Shown piece after piece: positions 51,828 to 64,000 of a stretch of DNA of 64,000 nucleotides. The stretch is from positions 148,118,001 through 148,182,000 of the forward strand of contig NC_043000.1 of assembly GCF_006345805.1 (NCBI RefSeq). The letters run 5' to 3'. This DNA comes from Octopus sinensis. Lineage: Eukaryota. The notes below the pieces were generated by a model, which saw only the letters and a list, made by a program, of their open reading frames with translations, was not told where the DNA came from and searched no databases. A program made the position numbers and the translations under genes. Positions within the stretch are counted from its first letter, which is position 1; every line of letters begins with the position of its first letter.

Positions 51828-52175
51828 TCACTAGTGAAGGCGCATGGCTCAGTGGTTAGAGCGTCGAGCTTATGATCGTGAGATTGTGAGCTCGAATCCC
51901 GGACCGGGCTGCGTGTTGTGTTCTTGAGCAAGGCACTTTATTTCACGTTGCTCCAGTTCACTCAGCTGTAGAAATGAGTTGAGATGTCACGGGTGCCAAG
52001 CTGTATCAGCCCCTTTGTCTTTTCCTTGGATAACACTGGTGGCGTGGAGAGGGGAGGTTGGTATGCATGGGCGACTGCTGGTCTTTCATAAACAACCTCG
52101 CCCGGACTTGTGTCTAGGAGGGTAACTTTCTAGGTGCAATCCCATGGTCTGTGTCATGACCGAAGGGGGTCTCTG
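51828..52175 (+). mobile_element. SINE family E (tRNA-derived head, CORE-like centre) with 11-bp target-site duplication
   Basis: A box tggctcagtgg, B box gctcgaatcc, centre gtgttcttgagcaaggcacttt; ACACTTTCACT at 51817-51827 and 52176-52186. Confidence 0.82.
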
Positions 52176-52627
52176 ACACTTTCACTGAACAGCTATGTAT
52201 CCCTGGATTTGAGAAATATTTTGTTTCAATTTTGTCTTTTTCATTGCACTGAAAAGTATTTTATGTGTTCGAAGTGTCCAGTCTTGATATTGTCTGTATA
52301 TTGTGCATAAGCATATGTCCTGGAGTTTTGGTTACATATCTGTCTACATGGCTGTTAATCATTCCCAAGATATCTTATAGGGGTTGTTTCTGTTTTCAGT
52401 TTCCCTATTCTGGTTATTTGTTTTTCCAGTATTTTTATAGTAATAATAGAAACACAAAGTAAATGGCATATCATCTATGTTTCCAACAAATACTTTGGTA
52501 TATAACTCTGCAAATATGGTAGTGGAAACAGTCGGGTTTAAAGAAGAAAATAATAGAAATTATAAAGAATTGCAATGGAAAGAGAATTAATTTCCTGTTC
52601 AAGAAATGAATGGTGAACTAGGGTAGA

Positions 52628-53011
52628 TGGATGGAAGCACTCCGTCGGTTATGACGATGAGGGTTCCGGTTGATCCAAATCAACGGAACAGCCTGCTCGT
52701 GAAATTAACATGTAAGTGGCTGAGCACTCCACAGACACGTGTACCGTTAACGTAGTTCTCGGGGATATTCAGCGTGACAGAGAGTGACAAGGCCAGCCCT
52801 TTGAAATACAGGTACAACAGAAACAGGAAGTAAGAGTGAGAGAAAGTTGTGGTGAAAGAGTACAGCAGGGATCACCACCATCCCTGCCGGAGCCTCATGG
52901 AGCTTTAGGTGTTTTCGCTCAATAAACACTCACAACGCCTGGTCTGGGAATCGAAACCGCGATCCTACGACCGCGAGTCCACTGCCCTAACCACTGGGCC
53001 ATTGCGCCTCC
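52628..53011 (-). mobile_element. SINE family D, tail variant 2, with 13-bp target-site duplication
   Basis: GAACTAGGGTAGA at 52615-52627 and 53012-53024. Head and centre match 4561-4866, tail differs. Confidence 0.88.
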
Positions 53012-53469
53012 GAACTAGGGTAGAATCAACATACTGAATATAAGAGAGTTACATGATGAGGGAAAGTTTGGAAAACGATTACAAAAATTACCCCAAAAAT
53101 ACATTAACATAGTGTATGAGTAGTTGAGACAAAGAGTGGTATCAGTTAATGCAAAATTGGAAAGATATGATTTAAGAAATGAATGATACAGACAGAATAG
53201 ACAGTTCCATTCAAATTAGAAAATAGTGTTATTTGATGAACTTGAGAGTATAAAAGAAATGAGATAGTTTTCCTGAATGCAGAAGAAAGTAGAGAATTTT
53301 GGAGTGGAATTCGGGATCAATCAGTCAAACAGATCAGCAATACAAGAATGATTAAGAAAGTTGGGGGGAAACAATGGAAGGTGTAGTGAAACAGGGAAAT
53401 ATAGTTATTGGAAAGAGGAACAGTTGGCCAATCAAGTAAATGGTAGCTGAATATTTTCTGAATATGTTT

Positions 53470-54000
53470 GAATGGAGTTTGGGTTACTAAAATAAAGTGC
53501 ACAGGATTAATTTTGAGGAAAGAGAAAGGGGTTCAAAGAGAAGATATACAAATGCCAGAATATGAAAGAATGAAGGACTTAGAAACGGTTACAAGATATA
53601 AATATCTGGATATGCTAGAGGCTGACAGAACCAAAAAAGAAGGAAATGAAAGATGGGGTTATAAAAGAGTACAAAAGGAGATTATTCTTTTCTTTTCTTC
53701 TTTAAGCACAAGGTCCAAAATTTTGGAGGAAGTGGCTAATTGATTAGATAAATCCCTGTATGCAACTGGTACTTAATTTATCAACCCCACTATGCAACTG
53801 GTACTTAATTTATTGACCCCGAAAGGATAAAGGCAAAGTCAGCCTTGGCGGAATTTGAACTCAGAACGTAAAGACAGACGAAATACCTCTAAGCATTTTG
53901 CCCAGCATGCTAACATTTCTGCCAGCTCACTGCCTTACAAAAGGAGAATACTGAAGTCACAGTTGAATGGTGGTAGCATAATATTGACCATAAATTCAAG
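53470..54000 (+). mobile_element. Degenerate R4/Dong-like LINE RT fragment, interrupted by SINE family B (53752-53937, minus)
   Basis: RYKYLDMLEAD (about 53590-53625) and, after the SINE, RRILKSQLNGGSIILTINS (53942-53998) resemble R4/Dong RT motifs (recalled). Confidence 0.55.
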
Positions 54001-54660
54001 AACAGTACACTCTGTTAAGTGATTGGCATTAAAAAGGGCATCCAGCTGTAGAAACCATACCAAAGCAGGCAATGGAGCATAATGCAGTCCTCAGACATGT
54101 TAGATCCTGTCCAACCACTCATCCCATGCCAATATGGAAGATGGATGTCAGAAAGTTGATGATGATAAATATATATTTACTTCACTATTAAATATTTTGG
54201 GAGATATAACTCTGAGAAAATCCATGAGACTAGCAACCAAAGAGGGTCACAATTTTGACCTACTTTTTATTGTTCTCTTTAACCGTTTAGTCAGGGAATG
54301 AAGGGAGCATCCAAAAGCCTTTATTTTTTGTTTGTTTTTTTTTTTTTTTTAGAGGTATCCTAGACAGGAAGAGTGAAAGTTATCTCAAACTGGAAACTTG
54401 GTCTGAATGCTTGAAACAGTAAAATCTGGTCATAGTCCTTCAAGGATACATGGCCATGTTGGAGCAAGTGATGAATTAAATCTACTAACCAAGAACTGAG
54501 GGTGCAAAACACCAAAGCAATTACCAAAAACACTTTTTTTTATGCTCTAACAATTCTGTCAATTCCCCGCCTTAGTCTTATTGAGTTTCACTGCTGTCGG
54601 ATACCTAATTATGACTTCTAAATTATACATGGCAAATGTTAAATATATATTGACTCGTCT

Positions 54661-54961
54661 GGCACCATCATCCGTTCGTGACCATTGCCAGTGCCGCCCC
54701 GACTGGCCTCGTGCTGGTGGCACGTAAAAAGCACCATCCAAACGTGGCCGTTTGCCAGCTCCGTCTGGCACCTGTGCGGGTGGCACGTAAAAAGCACCTA
54801 CTACACTCACGGAGTGGTTGGCATTAGGAAGGGCATCCAGCCGTAGAAACACTGCCAGATCAGACTGGGCCTGATGCAGCCTTCTGGCTTCTCAGACCCC
54901 AGTTGAACCGTCCAACCCATGCTAGCATGGAAAGTGGACGCTAAACGATGATGATGATGAT
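54661..54961 (+). mobile_element. Family C RTE 3' UTR remnant
   Basis: Two to three units, core and (GAT)n tail. Confidence 0.82.
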
Positions 54962-56619
54962 TCTTTTATAGGCTTCAGTCATTTCACTGCAGCCATGGGC
55001 TTTAGTCAATCATATTAACTCTAGTATTTTAATCTGGTGCTTATTTTACCAATCTGTACGTATAAAATGGCTAGGTTATGTCTTTGATGTAGATGGATGC
55101 AACTTGGCATAAATAAACACACACACACACACGTTTCTGCAGTTTCCATCTACCAAATTCTATTCACAAAGCTTCAGTCAACCTCAGGCTACATGGGAAG
55201 GTGTTTTCCCAAGGTTTTACACAGTGGGATTGAACCCAGAGACTTCTTGCTCACTTGTCTATGATTATGCATTGTTTTGAAATAATCTATATAAACCTAT
55301 GGGTGGTATATTATATAATTTTTCTCTTATTACAAAGTGTACACCGGTGGTTGATTGATTATGGAACACTGACAGCTGTATAAACTGTCTAACTAAAGAT
55401 ATGTGGTTCTGACTACACTAAAGGTGAATGAAATGTAAATTAGGTCAAAATAGCAGTCCTGTAGTTATCAGATCAATAATTTCTCACTGAGTGTTCTAAC
55501 AAAGAGCAAGATAATACATGCTTGCATACATACATACACACATACATACATCTATGTGTGTGGGGGTGTATGTGTGTAATTGTGAATAATCTTAATTGAA
55601 GAACTCCATGCATGGAGAGTAACAAACATATGTAGACTCAGCAAATTTTTTATCATCATCCTCCTCATTGTTTTAGATTTGCTTTCCATGCTGATGTGAG
55701 TGAGATGGGTTGTCATAGTTCAAGTTGTTGTTTGGTGTTACTGCTCTCCTTGTTGGGCTGGAAGACCACTTCTCGCTTGTATATTTTCTCCTAGGCATCA
55801 TTTCTATGGCTGCATGTTGTTCATAACACCCAAACCCTAATCATTTTTAAAAGTGTATTTGATGCATTTTTGTTATGGTACCAGCAGGAGTGAACTTGTC
55901 TTGCTTTATACATGCACACACATGATGAGTTTCCATACAGTTTCCATCTAGTGATTCCACTCACAAAGTATTGGTTGATCTTAGGGTACAGTTGAAAACA
56001 TTTGCACAAAGACCCACACAGCGATATTGAACTTGAAAGCACATGGCAGCCAGCCTTGTCTGCACCTTATAGAAGTATCTTCCATCATGATCATGATCAT
56101 CATCATAAATTAACATCTGTATTCCATGCTGGCTTGGATTGGATGGTTTGACAGGATCCAATGTGACCAAGCACTGCACCATGCTCCAATCTCTGTTTTG
56201 GCATGGTTTCTATGGCTGGATGTTCTTTCTAATGCCAATCACTTTTTACAGCATGGACTTGGTGCTTCTATTCATGCCACTTGCACTGTTGAAATTGGCA
56301 TGCAGCTTCAGAAATACATACTTCAGCTTTATACTAGTGGATGAGGGATTGAACTATGAAAAGTGGGTGGGGCAGTGCAGATTCTTGTAGAGGGTCTGGA
56401 TGGTTACTCACATCCAGTAGAGGATGGGAAGAGTCACATCATATATAAATATACAGGTATATATATCATCATCATCATCGTTTTTACATCCAGTTTTCTA
56501 TTACCATTGAGTTTTACTAAGATTTGAACTCATCATGACAAACTAAAGTTATGGAGAATTTCTATTTTGTTTAGCTAATTAGATCGTCCATGAGGGAGTC
56601 ATACCCAATGATTGGTATA

Positions 56620-57598
56620 GCAGCATTATAGTCAACTGCTACAAAGGCAAAAGTGATGCTTTTGACAGGAATAATTACAGAGGCATCAAATTGCTGGACC
56701 AGGTGATGAAAGTCAAAGAAATGGTCATAGCTCAATTAATTAAGAAGAGAGTTAGTGTAGATGAGATGTGCCAGGCAGGAGCATGGCTAAAGCTATATTC
56801 CTTGTTAGGCAACATCAAGATAATTATCTATCCAAAAATGAACCCCTGTACTTGGATTTTGTCGACATGGAGAAAGCCTTTGACAGAATCCTTCATTCCT
56901 TTATTGGATGGTCAATGCAGAAGCCAGGGATAGATGAGTGGTCGGTGAGAGTTGTATAAGCCATGTACAGGGATGCTGTCAGTAAGGTGAAGGTTAGCAA
57001 CAAGCATTGCAATGAATTCAGGGTACAAGTAGGAGTCCACCAAGGATCAGTCCTCAACCCCCTCTTGGTCATAGTAGTCCTCTAGGAAATAGCAGAGGAA
57101 TTTGAGATGGGCTGCCCCTGGGAGCTTCTCTATGCTGATGACCTTGTTCTTATAGCCGAATTACTACCAGAACTAGAGAAGAAATTTCAGGCATGGAAGC
57201 AAGGTCTAGAATCAAAGGGCCTTAGAGTTAATCTAGCAAACAACAAAGTTGTAGTAAGTAGGGGAGCAAACAAATCATAAATGCCTTCAGGTAGATGGCC
57301 CTGTTTGATCTGTAGAAAAGGTATAGGTGGAAATTCCATAGGATATACTTGATGCAAGCTATGGACACATAAGAGGTGCAGTAATATCAAAGGAAGGTTA
57401 ATAGGGAAAATAGTTTTTGTGTGGAAGGTGCACAGGTACAATTAACACTAAAAATGTCCAGAAAATAGACTCTATCAAATGCCAAGGAGGAAAACTAGTA
57501 GTTGATAGCTTCTGTTATGTAGGTGACCAAGTCAGTAGTGGAGGTGGAAGCTAGAATAAAAATAAGCTGGGCAAAGTTCAGAGAGCTTCTACCTCTCT
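56620..57598 (+). mobile_element. Degenerate RTE LINE RT fragment
   Basis: YLDFVDMEKAFDRI, GVHQGSVLNPLL and CPWELLYADDLVLIAE motifs; same family as 27870-28770. Cut at the 3' side by a SINE B. Confidence 0.88.
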
Positions 57599-57599
57599 T

Positions 57600-57993
57600 A
57601 TTTCTTTATTGCCCACAAGGGGCTAAACATAGAGGGGACAGACAAAGGGATTAAGTCGATTACATCGACCCCAGTGTGTAACTGGCACTTAATTTATCGA
57701 CTCCAAAAGGATGAAAGACAAAGTCGACCGAGGTGGAATTTGAACTCAGAACGTAACAGCAAACGAAATACTACTAAGCATTTCACCCGGCATGTGAACG
57801 TTTAACACGCCAGGTGAAATGCTTAGTGGTACTTCGTTTGTCTTTACGTTGTGAGTTCAAATTCTGCTGAGGTTCTCTTTGCCTTTCATCCTTTCGGGGT
57901 CAATAAATTAAGTACAAGTGGCGTCCTGGGGGTCGAGCTAATTGACTGCCTCGCTCCCCCAAAATTTCAGGCCTTGTATCTAGAGTAGAAAAG
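57600..57993. mobile_element. Head-to-head inverted SINE family B pair
   Basis: Minus copy 57600-57802 and plus copy 57797-57993 overlap in AACGTT. Confidence 0.8.
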
Positions 57994-58002
57994 AGTATAC
58001 CA

Positions 58003-58255
58003 TGCTTGAGAAGACCTGTCAAGTCAAGTGAAATCATAGTCATGGCTGACGCAGGTGTTACATAACTAGTACCAATGCTAGTGGCACGTAAAGGGCACGG
58101 ACTACACTCTTGGAGTAGTTGGTGTTAGGAAGGGCATCGAGCCATAGAAACCATGCCAAGTAAGATTGGAGCCTGGTACGGCTTACCAGTTTTCAGTCAA
58201 ACCGTCCAACTCGTGTCGGCATGGAAGACGGATGTTAAATGATGAGGAAGATGAC
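58003..58255 (+). mobile_element. RTE LINE extreme 3' end (LEKTCQVK*) plus family C core and tail
   Basis: atgcttgagaagacctgtcaagtcaagtga, then ggtgttaggaagggcatc and gttaaatgatgag. Confidence 0.75.
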
Positions 58256-58907
58256 AACACTGAACTGAACCTTATTATGTTATGTATGTGGACTGAGGCA
58301 CTGAGATTGTTTTTGAGGGACACACCAGTTGTTTGTAAATCATAGACCTTTATGTGGGCAGACTGATACCCGACTGACTTACCCAAATAACTTTCTTACC
58401 TTCATTCTATTTTTCATTCCCTGTCTAGCTTTCATTGTTTATCACTCACCCACTCAGTCTCTTTCAATTTCTTTCTCATACACACACATTAATATTTCCA
58501 TAGTAACAGAGATTGTGATGGTTCTGGAAATTGCATTACTTTGCTTTGATTGTTGAAACAAAGTTTCATAGCTTGATTTTCTTTTGAAAGCCAACCAGTC
58601 AACTATAATGTGGTTGGAAATAGAAGTCACCCAGCTAAATTAGGGCAAATTTCAGATATATAGCTTATCTTAATATCAGTGATGGTGTTTAAATTCTTGT
58701 CTTCCAGACACTCTTTTATTTAAATGTTTTATTGTATTTTCTTTTTATATCAATGTGAAATTCATAGTGAAGTTTGTGTTTTCTTTTCTGTTTATTTTAT
58801 TGTTGATAGACACCTTTTTTTATTTGCTTTGTTGTTGTTTAGCTCCAAGTTTGTTCTGATCAAACAAATGTAGGATCAAAGGCATTCCTGCTTTGACCAT
58901 CCAGTTT

Positions 58908-59300
58908 TCATCATCATCATCATCATCGTTTAACGTCCGTTTTCCGCGCTAGCACGGGTTGGACGGTTCGACCGGGGACTGGGAAGCCAGGGGCTGCACC
59001 AGGCTCCAGTCCGATCTGGCAGTGTTTCTACAGCTGGATGCCCTTCCTAACGCCAACTACTCCACGGGTGTAGTGGGTGCTTTTTACGTGCCACTGGCAC
59101 AGGTGCCAGGGGAGTCTGGCATCGGCCACGATCGGTTGGTGCTTTTAACGTGCCACCGGCACGGAAGCCAGTCAAGGCGGCACTGGCATCAGCCACGTTT
59201 GGATGGTGCTTTTTATGTGCCACCGGCACGGAAGCCAATCGAGGCGGCGCTGGCATTGGCCACGTTCGGATGGTGCTTTTTATGTGCCACCGGCACAGGT
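58908..59300 (-). mobile_element. Family C RTE 3' UTR with about four units
   Basis: catcatcatcgtttaacgtcc reverse tail; repeated ggtgctttttatgtgccaccggcac. Confidence 0.85.
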
Positions 59301-59399
59301 ATCCCAACTACTATTTCCATTGATATTTATTTCGATGGGAGAAACTAGAAGTAGTTGATAGTTTCCGCTACCAATTTTATGTTTCATAAATAGTGTATC

Positions 59400-59840
59400 T
59401 GTCTAGGACCTTGTCACCATATGTCTGTTCTTTTGTACACAAATATCTCACTAGTTGCTGTAGTCCTTTGTCTTCCCCTGCATGAGATTCAACCACCTGG
59501 GATCAACTTTCACCATTTCTTTCCATGTCTGTCTATCTTCCTCTCCTGCCAGTTCTATGTATTTCAAATTCTTGATACTTCTTTACCAATCTTTCATCCT
59601 CCATATGCATCATATCTCTGTACCAGCTCAGTCTTCTCTCATGCCAGATACATCTGATTCTTTTACCCACTTCTTCTCTAAGTTCATTTGTGCTATGTTG
59701 TGTATCTGTTCTAATATTATACATCCTGCAGAGCATGCTTACCCCAGATTCAGCTATAAGTGTGTCATCAGCACACAGAACTTCCCACAGATAGCTACTA
59801 TTAAACTTGTTGGTTATGGATTGGAAAACTGTAATACACA
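59400..59840 (-). mobile_element. Old, internally deleted RTE LINE fragment
   Basis: ORF 59533..59877: WEVLCADDTLIAES joined to ERRLSWYRDMMHM...GRRGR. Confidence 0.65.
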
Positions 59841-60060
59841 GGTGGGATGGGGTCTGAGAACTGAGCCCCCACTCCACCTACTTCTTACAATTCTCCAGTT
59901 CCTACATGCTAAATTCCTTGCTGAGCACTATATTAACTCTCACGTTACCACTCTACATGGCTTGTGTGACTCTCACAAGCAACTCATCTACACCTTGTTT
60001 TCTCAGCAACCACCAAACTACAAAACATGATAATCTGTCAGAGGTCATCTTCATTTAAGT

Positions 60061-60322
60061 CTGGTTCTCAACTGGGATCCATATGACCCTTGGGGTCCAT
60101 ATAACCCTTGGGGGTTCATATAAGATTTTAAAAAATTTATGTGCAATAAATTGGTTATACATCTACAATACACAATATTTTAACAATTTTCTTATAAAAT
60201 TCCTAGTAATATATAATTAAAAAATATAATAGGGTTTTTTAAACGTCAGATAGCTGTGAGGAACTTCCAAGTAAAATAGGAATTAAAGGGGTCCATAGGT
60301 AAATTATGGTTGAAAATCACTG
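60061..60322. mobile_element. Putative hAT (Charlie-like) MITE
   Basis: Ends ctggttctcaac and gttgaaaatcactg resemble CAGTGGTTCTCAAC terminal repeats; 8-bp flanks ATTTAAGT and ATTTAAGC. Confidence 0.55.
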
Positions 60323-60755
60323 ATTTAAGCAAATGCTAGATAAACAGGCTAACTTACTCTTTGTTAAGACTTTATGCAGCTGTCTCACTTGGAAGAGAAA
60401 TGTTGATTCTGATTTAGCAAATTACTTTATTGTTGTTGTGTAAACCCTTGGTCAACCCTGAATGAGTAGATCTTTGGTCAAAGTTATTCCAGCTGTGGAT
60501 AACCATCTTATTTTCAGACATATTGTATCTAGACCTACATAATGTAATGCATACCTTTTTTGAAAGAAGTTATGATTTGAGGGAGACTTGGCTGCTATTT
60601 TGAGCAGCGTAAATGACCATGTGGAAGTTCTTTCTTTTACTCATAAATTACTGTTTTATTTTACTTGTGTATGGGATAAATTAATATAAAAAATTATAAA
60701 ATTATCTTATCTCTTTCTTGTTAATTGCTGAAAATATTTCTTTCCCTTCATTTAG

Positions 60756-60841
60756 GCACAAGAAGAGTTTACAGAAGCCAAAAAAGTGTTTGATGATATT
60801 AATAATGAGCTACAAGTTGAACTTCCAGAGTTTTATGACAA
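60756..60841 (+). CDS. Amph: Amphiphysin/BIN1 coding exon (86 nt; AQEEFTEAKKVFDDINNELQVELPEFYD+AA)
   Basis: Acceptor cccttcatttag, donor AA|gtaaat. Matches [24 protein letters not shown] (recalled). Ends in phase 2. Confidence 0.95.
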
Positions 60842-61814
60842 GTAAATTAATATTTTCTTATATCTTAAAACTATTTATAACTTTACTTTCAGTAAATATT
60901 GGTTGTTAACACGAGCACAAGGTCTTAAATTTGAGAGATGAGTAGGGTTGATTGTATCAACCACAGTACTTGAGTGATGCTTATTTTAACTTCAAGTTTC
61001 ATCCCAGAAGAATGAAATTTTGAACTTAATGCCTCTAATAAGTATTACAACCACCCTGATACTTGTGAGGGATCAGAGCATTTATTGTTGTATTTAATCT
61101 ACTTGCCCACTAAGGCCCTCATGCTTTCCGAAATCCGCCGAAACTACACCTGATTATATATACACTTTAGATGAGTTGTAGTGCACCTGAGCACTGTACA
61201 CAATTATTATTATTATTATTATATTTAAAAACAAGCAATATTGGAATCTTGTCTTATGATATAAATCTTGTCTGAGACATTAATTGAATATTCCTAAATT
61301 CCCACTATAAGATTAAAGTTAATGGAATGATGAGAAGAAGGAATTTAATTAGCAGTAACGCTCATCTGTTAAATATTTATATGCTCTAATTACTCTCAAA
61401 TATGCTGTAATTCACTCACCAGGTCTCATAACCTCACCTTGATAATAATTATTTTAACACTTTATAAGTGAACTGCTTATCTTACCTACATTTCTTATAC
61501 TGCAGCCATGACTCTATGATTAAGGAGCTCACTTTGTAACCACTTGGTTTTAGGATTAGTCCCACTGCATGACACCTTAGGAAGGTGTCTTCTATAATAG
61601 CCTTGGGTTGATCAATACCTTGTGAGTGAATTTGTTTGATGAAAACAGTGTACAAGACCATTGTGTGTATAATGTGTGTGTATGTTTGTGTTTGTTCTCC
61701 CCACTGCTTGACAACCAGTGTTGGTGCCTTTAGATCTCCATAGTTTAGCAGTTAGTCAAAAGAACTAATAGAGTAAGTTCCAAAGGCTGTAATAATTTCA
61801 ATTTGTTATTTCAG

Positions 61815-61890
61815 ACGGGTACCGTTTTATTCCCAATCATTCCAAAACCTGTTTGCTGCAGAAAAAGCCTTTCATTCAGAACAAGGAAAT
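61815..61890 (+). CDS. Amph: Amphiphysin/BIN1 coding exon (76 nt; (K)RVPFYSQSFQNLFAAEKAFHSEQGN)
   Basis: Acceptor tttgttatttcag, donor AAT|gtaagt. Matches [22 protein letters not shown] (recalled). In frame with the previous exon. Confidence 0.95.
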
Positions 61891-62249
61891 GTAAGTAATA
61901 GTATCCTTTCATTTTTTTTTCTTTTAATTGAAGCAAAACTTTTCTAAGTTTCACTTTTTCTTAACCCTTTAAAACTCAGACCTGTCCAGTCCATATTAAC
62001 AACGATTCTCTCATTGATTTAGTTTTCTCCCTCTGTGTTCTTAGTTGAGTTTAAATCTTATGAGAATCCATAAGTACAGTAATGCATAACCATCAATTCA
62101 ATCAGCAGCATTCTATATCCCCGGCCAAATTTAGTTAACAAGTCCTTATTTTATCAGCTATTTTCAACCCAGGATAGTATGACATTATATCATTGATTGT
62201 GTAGACTTTGCTATTTTCCATTACAAAAATGACATTAATTTTTCTTACA

Positions 62250-62613
62250 GCACCATCCGAACGTGGCCGATGCCAGTGCCGCCTAGGCTGGCTTCCATGC
62301 CGGTGGCACGTAAAAAGCACTATCCGAATCGTGGCCGATGCCAGTGCCGCCTTGACTGGCTTCTGTGCTGGTGGCACGTAAAATGCACCAATCCGATCGT
62401 GGCCGTTGCCAGCCTCGCCTGGCACCTGTGCAGGTGGCACATAAAAAGCACCCACTACACTCACGGAGTGGTTGGCGTTAGGAAGGGCATCCAGCTGTAG
62501 AAACACTGCCAGATCAGACTGGAGCCTGGTGCAGCCTTCTGGCTTCCCAGACCCCGGTCAAACCGTCCAACCCATGCTAGCATGGAGAACGGACGTTAAA
62601 CGATGATGATGAT
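62250..62613 (+). mobile_element. Family C RTE 3' UTR with about three units, 360 bp after the last exon found
   Basis: Units, core and ggacgttaaacgatgatgatg tail. Confidence 0.85.
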
Positions 62614-62877
62614 TCCTAGAATAGTCAAACCTGGGGCTCATTTGAATGCAGGTCTGTGTGATCAATGCTGATCTAGGGCTTTAAGATATACACGTTGAAA
62701 TAAATAGATTGTTTTGATCAAAGCTATGGTGCAATTCCTGAATGGATATTATTTTATATTATCCATAATTTTTCCACCTTAAAGTCTCAGCCTCCTGTTA
62801 GAAATTTCATATGGAAATTTTATTGGAATTTAAGGTATAATTTCAAAAGTATTTATCTCTCTATTGCACAAAGCAGT

Positions 62878-63104
62878 TTAACCCTTTAGCATTTAAACCA
62901 GCCATATCCTGCCAAATTATTCTACTTGTTTAATGTTCAAACTGGCCAAACCTGGCCTCACACACCTAAAAATATCATTCTAAAAATGAACAATCATCAC
63001 ATCACTGTTATCTCAAAGGCACAAGATAATACATGGTTAATTCAAAACAATGTGAATGAATAAGCATTATATTTGACAGAGAAATCCGAAAGCTAAAAGG
63101 TTAA
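62878..63104. mobile_element. TTAA-flanked MITE family 1, inverted relative to 19902-20128
   Basis: TTAA|CCCTTTAGCATT ... AAGCTAAAAGG|TTAA; the interior is a diverged reverse complement of the 19.9-kb copy. Confidence 0.72.
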
Positions 63105-63671
63105 AGGTGATAAATTGGCTGAATTCATAGACTGTTGACTAGAATGATTTGCAATACTGGTCCAACTCTCTGCTCCGAGTTCAAATCTTGCCAAGGTCAA
63201 CTTTACTTTTCTTCTTGGAGTTCATAAAAAAAGTACTAATCCAAGGTAGTGGATTAGCAAAGCTGTTAGTCTCAGATTGGATGCCTTGTGTCGTTTGTTC
63301 TGACTCTCTACATTTTGGGTTCAAATCATGTTGTGGCCTACTCATGTTGTCTTTGGTTTGAGAATATATATTTCCTGGCCCCTGCCTTCTACTAGTCTCG
63401 CAAACCCTGTAAATGAAAGGATGGATGTTAGTATGGATGGAAAAGGGCTATGAATTTTGAAGGAAGAAAAATAACTGAAACCTAGAAAATTTTAGTACAA
63501 AATAAAAAAAAAACATATGTACCATTATAGGTACTGGCATGGGTGTTTGGTTAAGAAGCTTGCTTTGCAACCACATGGTTTCAAGATCACTTCCACTGCA
63601 CAGTACCTTGAAGAAGTGCTGGCCAATGTTTTATGGGTGAATTTGGTAGACAGAAACTGTATAGAAGCCTG

Positions 63672-63712
<41 letters not shown>

Positions 63713-64000
63713 CCTTCCACCTACAATCTGTGTTTGTTTATGTCTCTGCAACTTAGAGGTTCGGCAAAAGAGGTCAGTTGAATTAGTGCCAGACTTGAAA
63801 TAATTACTGGGGTTGATATCTGTTTGATCAAATCCTTCAAGACTTTGTTCCTGCATGACTGCACTCCTATGATTGAAACAAATAAAAAAAGATAAACGAT
63901 ATAAAAAAAATGTACATTTTCATCTACAAGCTCCTTGATATAGATGACAATCAGCTGACGAATCAAGTTTGACTCTCAGTAATAGTTATTTCACTTAGGC

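Noticed and set aside
51838-51912. tRNA-like sequence GGCGCATGGCTCAGTGGTTAGAGCG...CTCGAATCCC
   Set aside because: The acceptor stem does not close, and it continues into a SINE body bounded by an 11-bp target-site duplication. It is a SINE head, not a tRNA gene.
63985-64000. Possible acceptor ttatttcacttag at the window edge
   Set aside because: Only 2 nt follow, so it cannot be tested.

Overview
AT-rich, microsatellite-dense eukaryotic DNA. The SINE/LINE repertoire suggests an octopus or other coleoid cephalopod (inference, not searched). The window is almost all intron of one + strand gene, an amphiphysin/BIN1-family N-BAR protein. I found six in-frame coding exons by eye: 17673-17727, 35549-35643, 45664-45759, 48231-48338, 60756-60841 and 61815-61890 (55/95/96/108/86/76 nt, 516 nt, 172 aa). 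The joined translation is AILTKLQKDLRNYLNCLKAVSYANKTLCDTLYEVYEDDWEDQKTFHSHLESFELHWMDYITSLNDHVQEPIIIHLNKFPELRMKINKRGRKLVDLDNTRHTLENMIGQKKRDEAKIAKAQEEFTEAKKVFDDINNELQVELPEFYDKRVPFYSQSFQNLFAAEKAFHSEQGN. The first intron uses a GC-AG donor. The start codon, the exon before 17673 and the C-terminal/SH3 exons were not found in the window. The rest is transposon debris: at least four tRNA-derived SINE families, RTE LINE fragments and many copies of their VNTR-bearing 3' UTR, CR1/L2-group and R4/Dong-like LINE fragments, two mariner relics, TTAA, hAT and other MITEs, non-autonomous Helitrons, a Helentron-type HINE, and mini/microsatellites. Nearly all entries in the supplied ORF track are artefacts of these repeats. 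I found no clearly new enzymatic system. The least explained structures are a 121-bp near-perfect intronic inverted repeat (32808-33062), a pre-miRNA-sized hairpin (31053-31109), a tail-less RT fragment between 37-bp direct repeats (42422-42640) and a SINE fold-back fused at a shared AACGTT palindrome (57797-57802).
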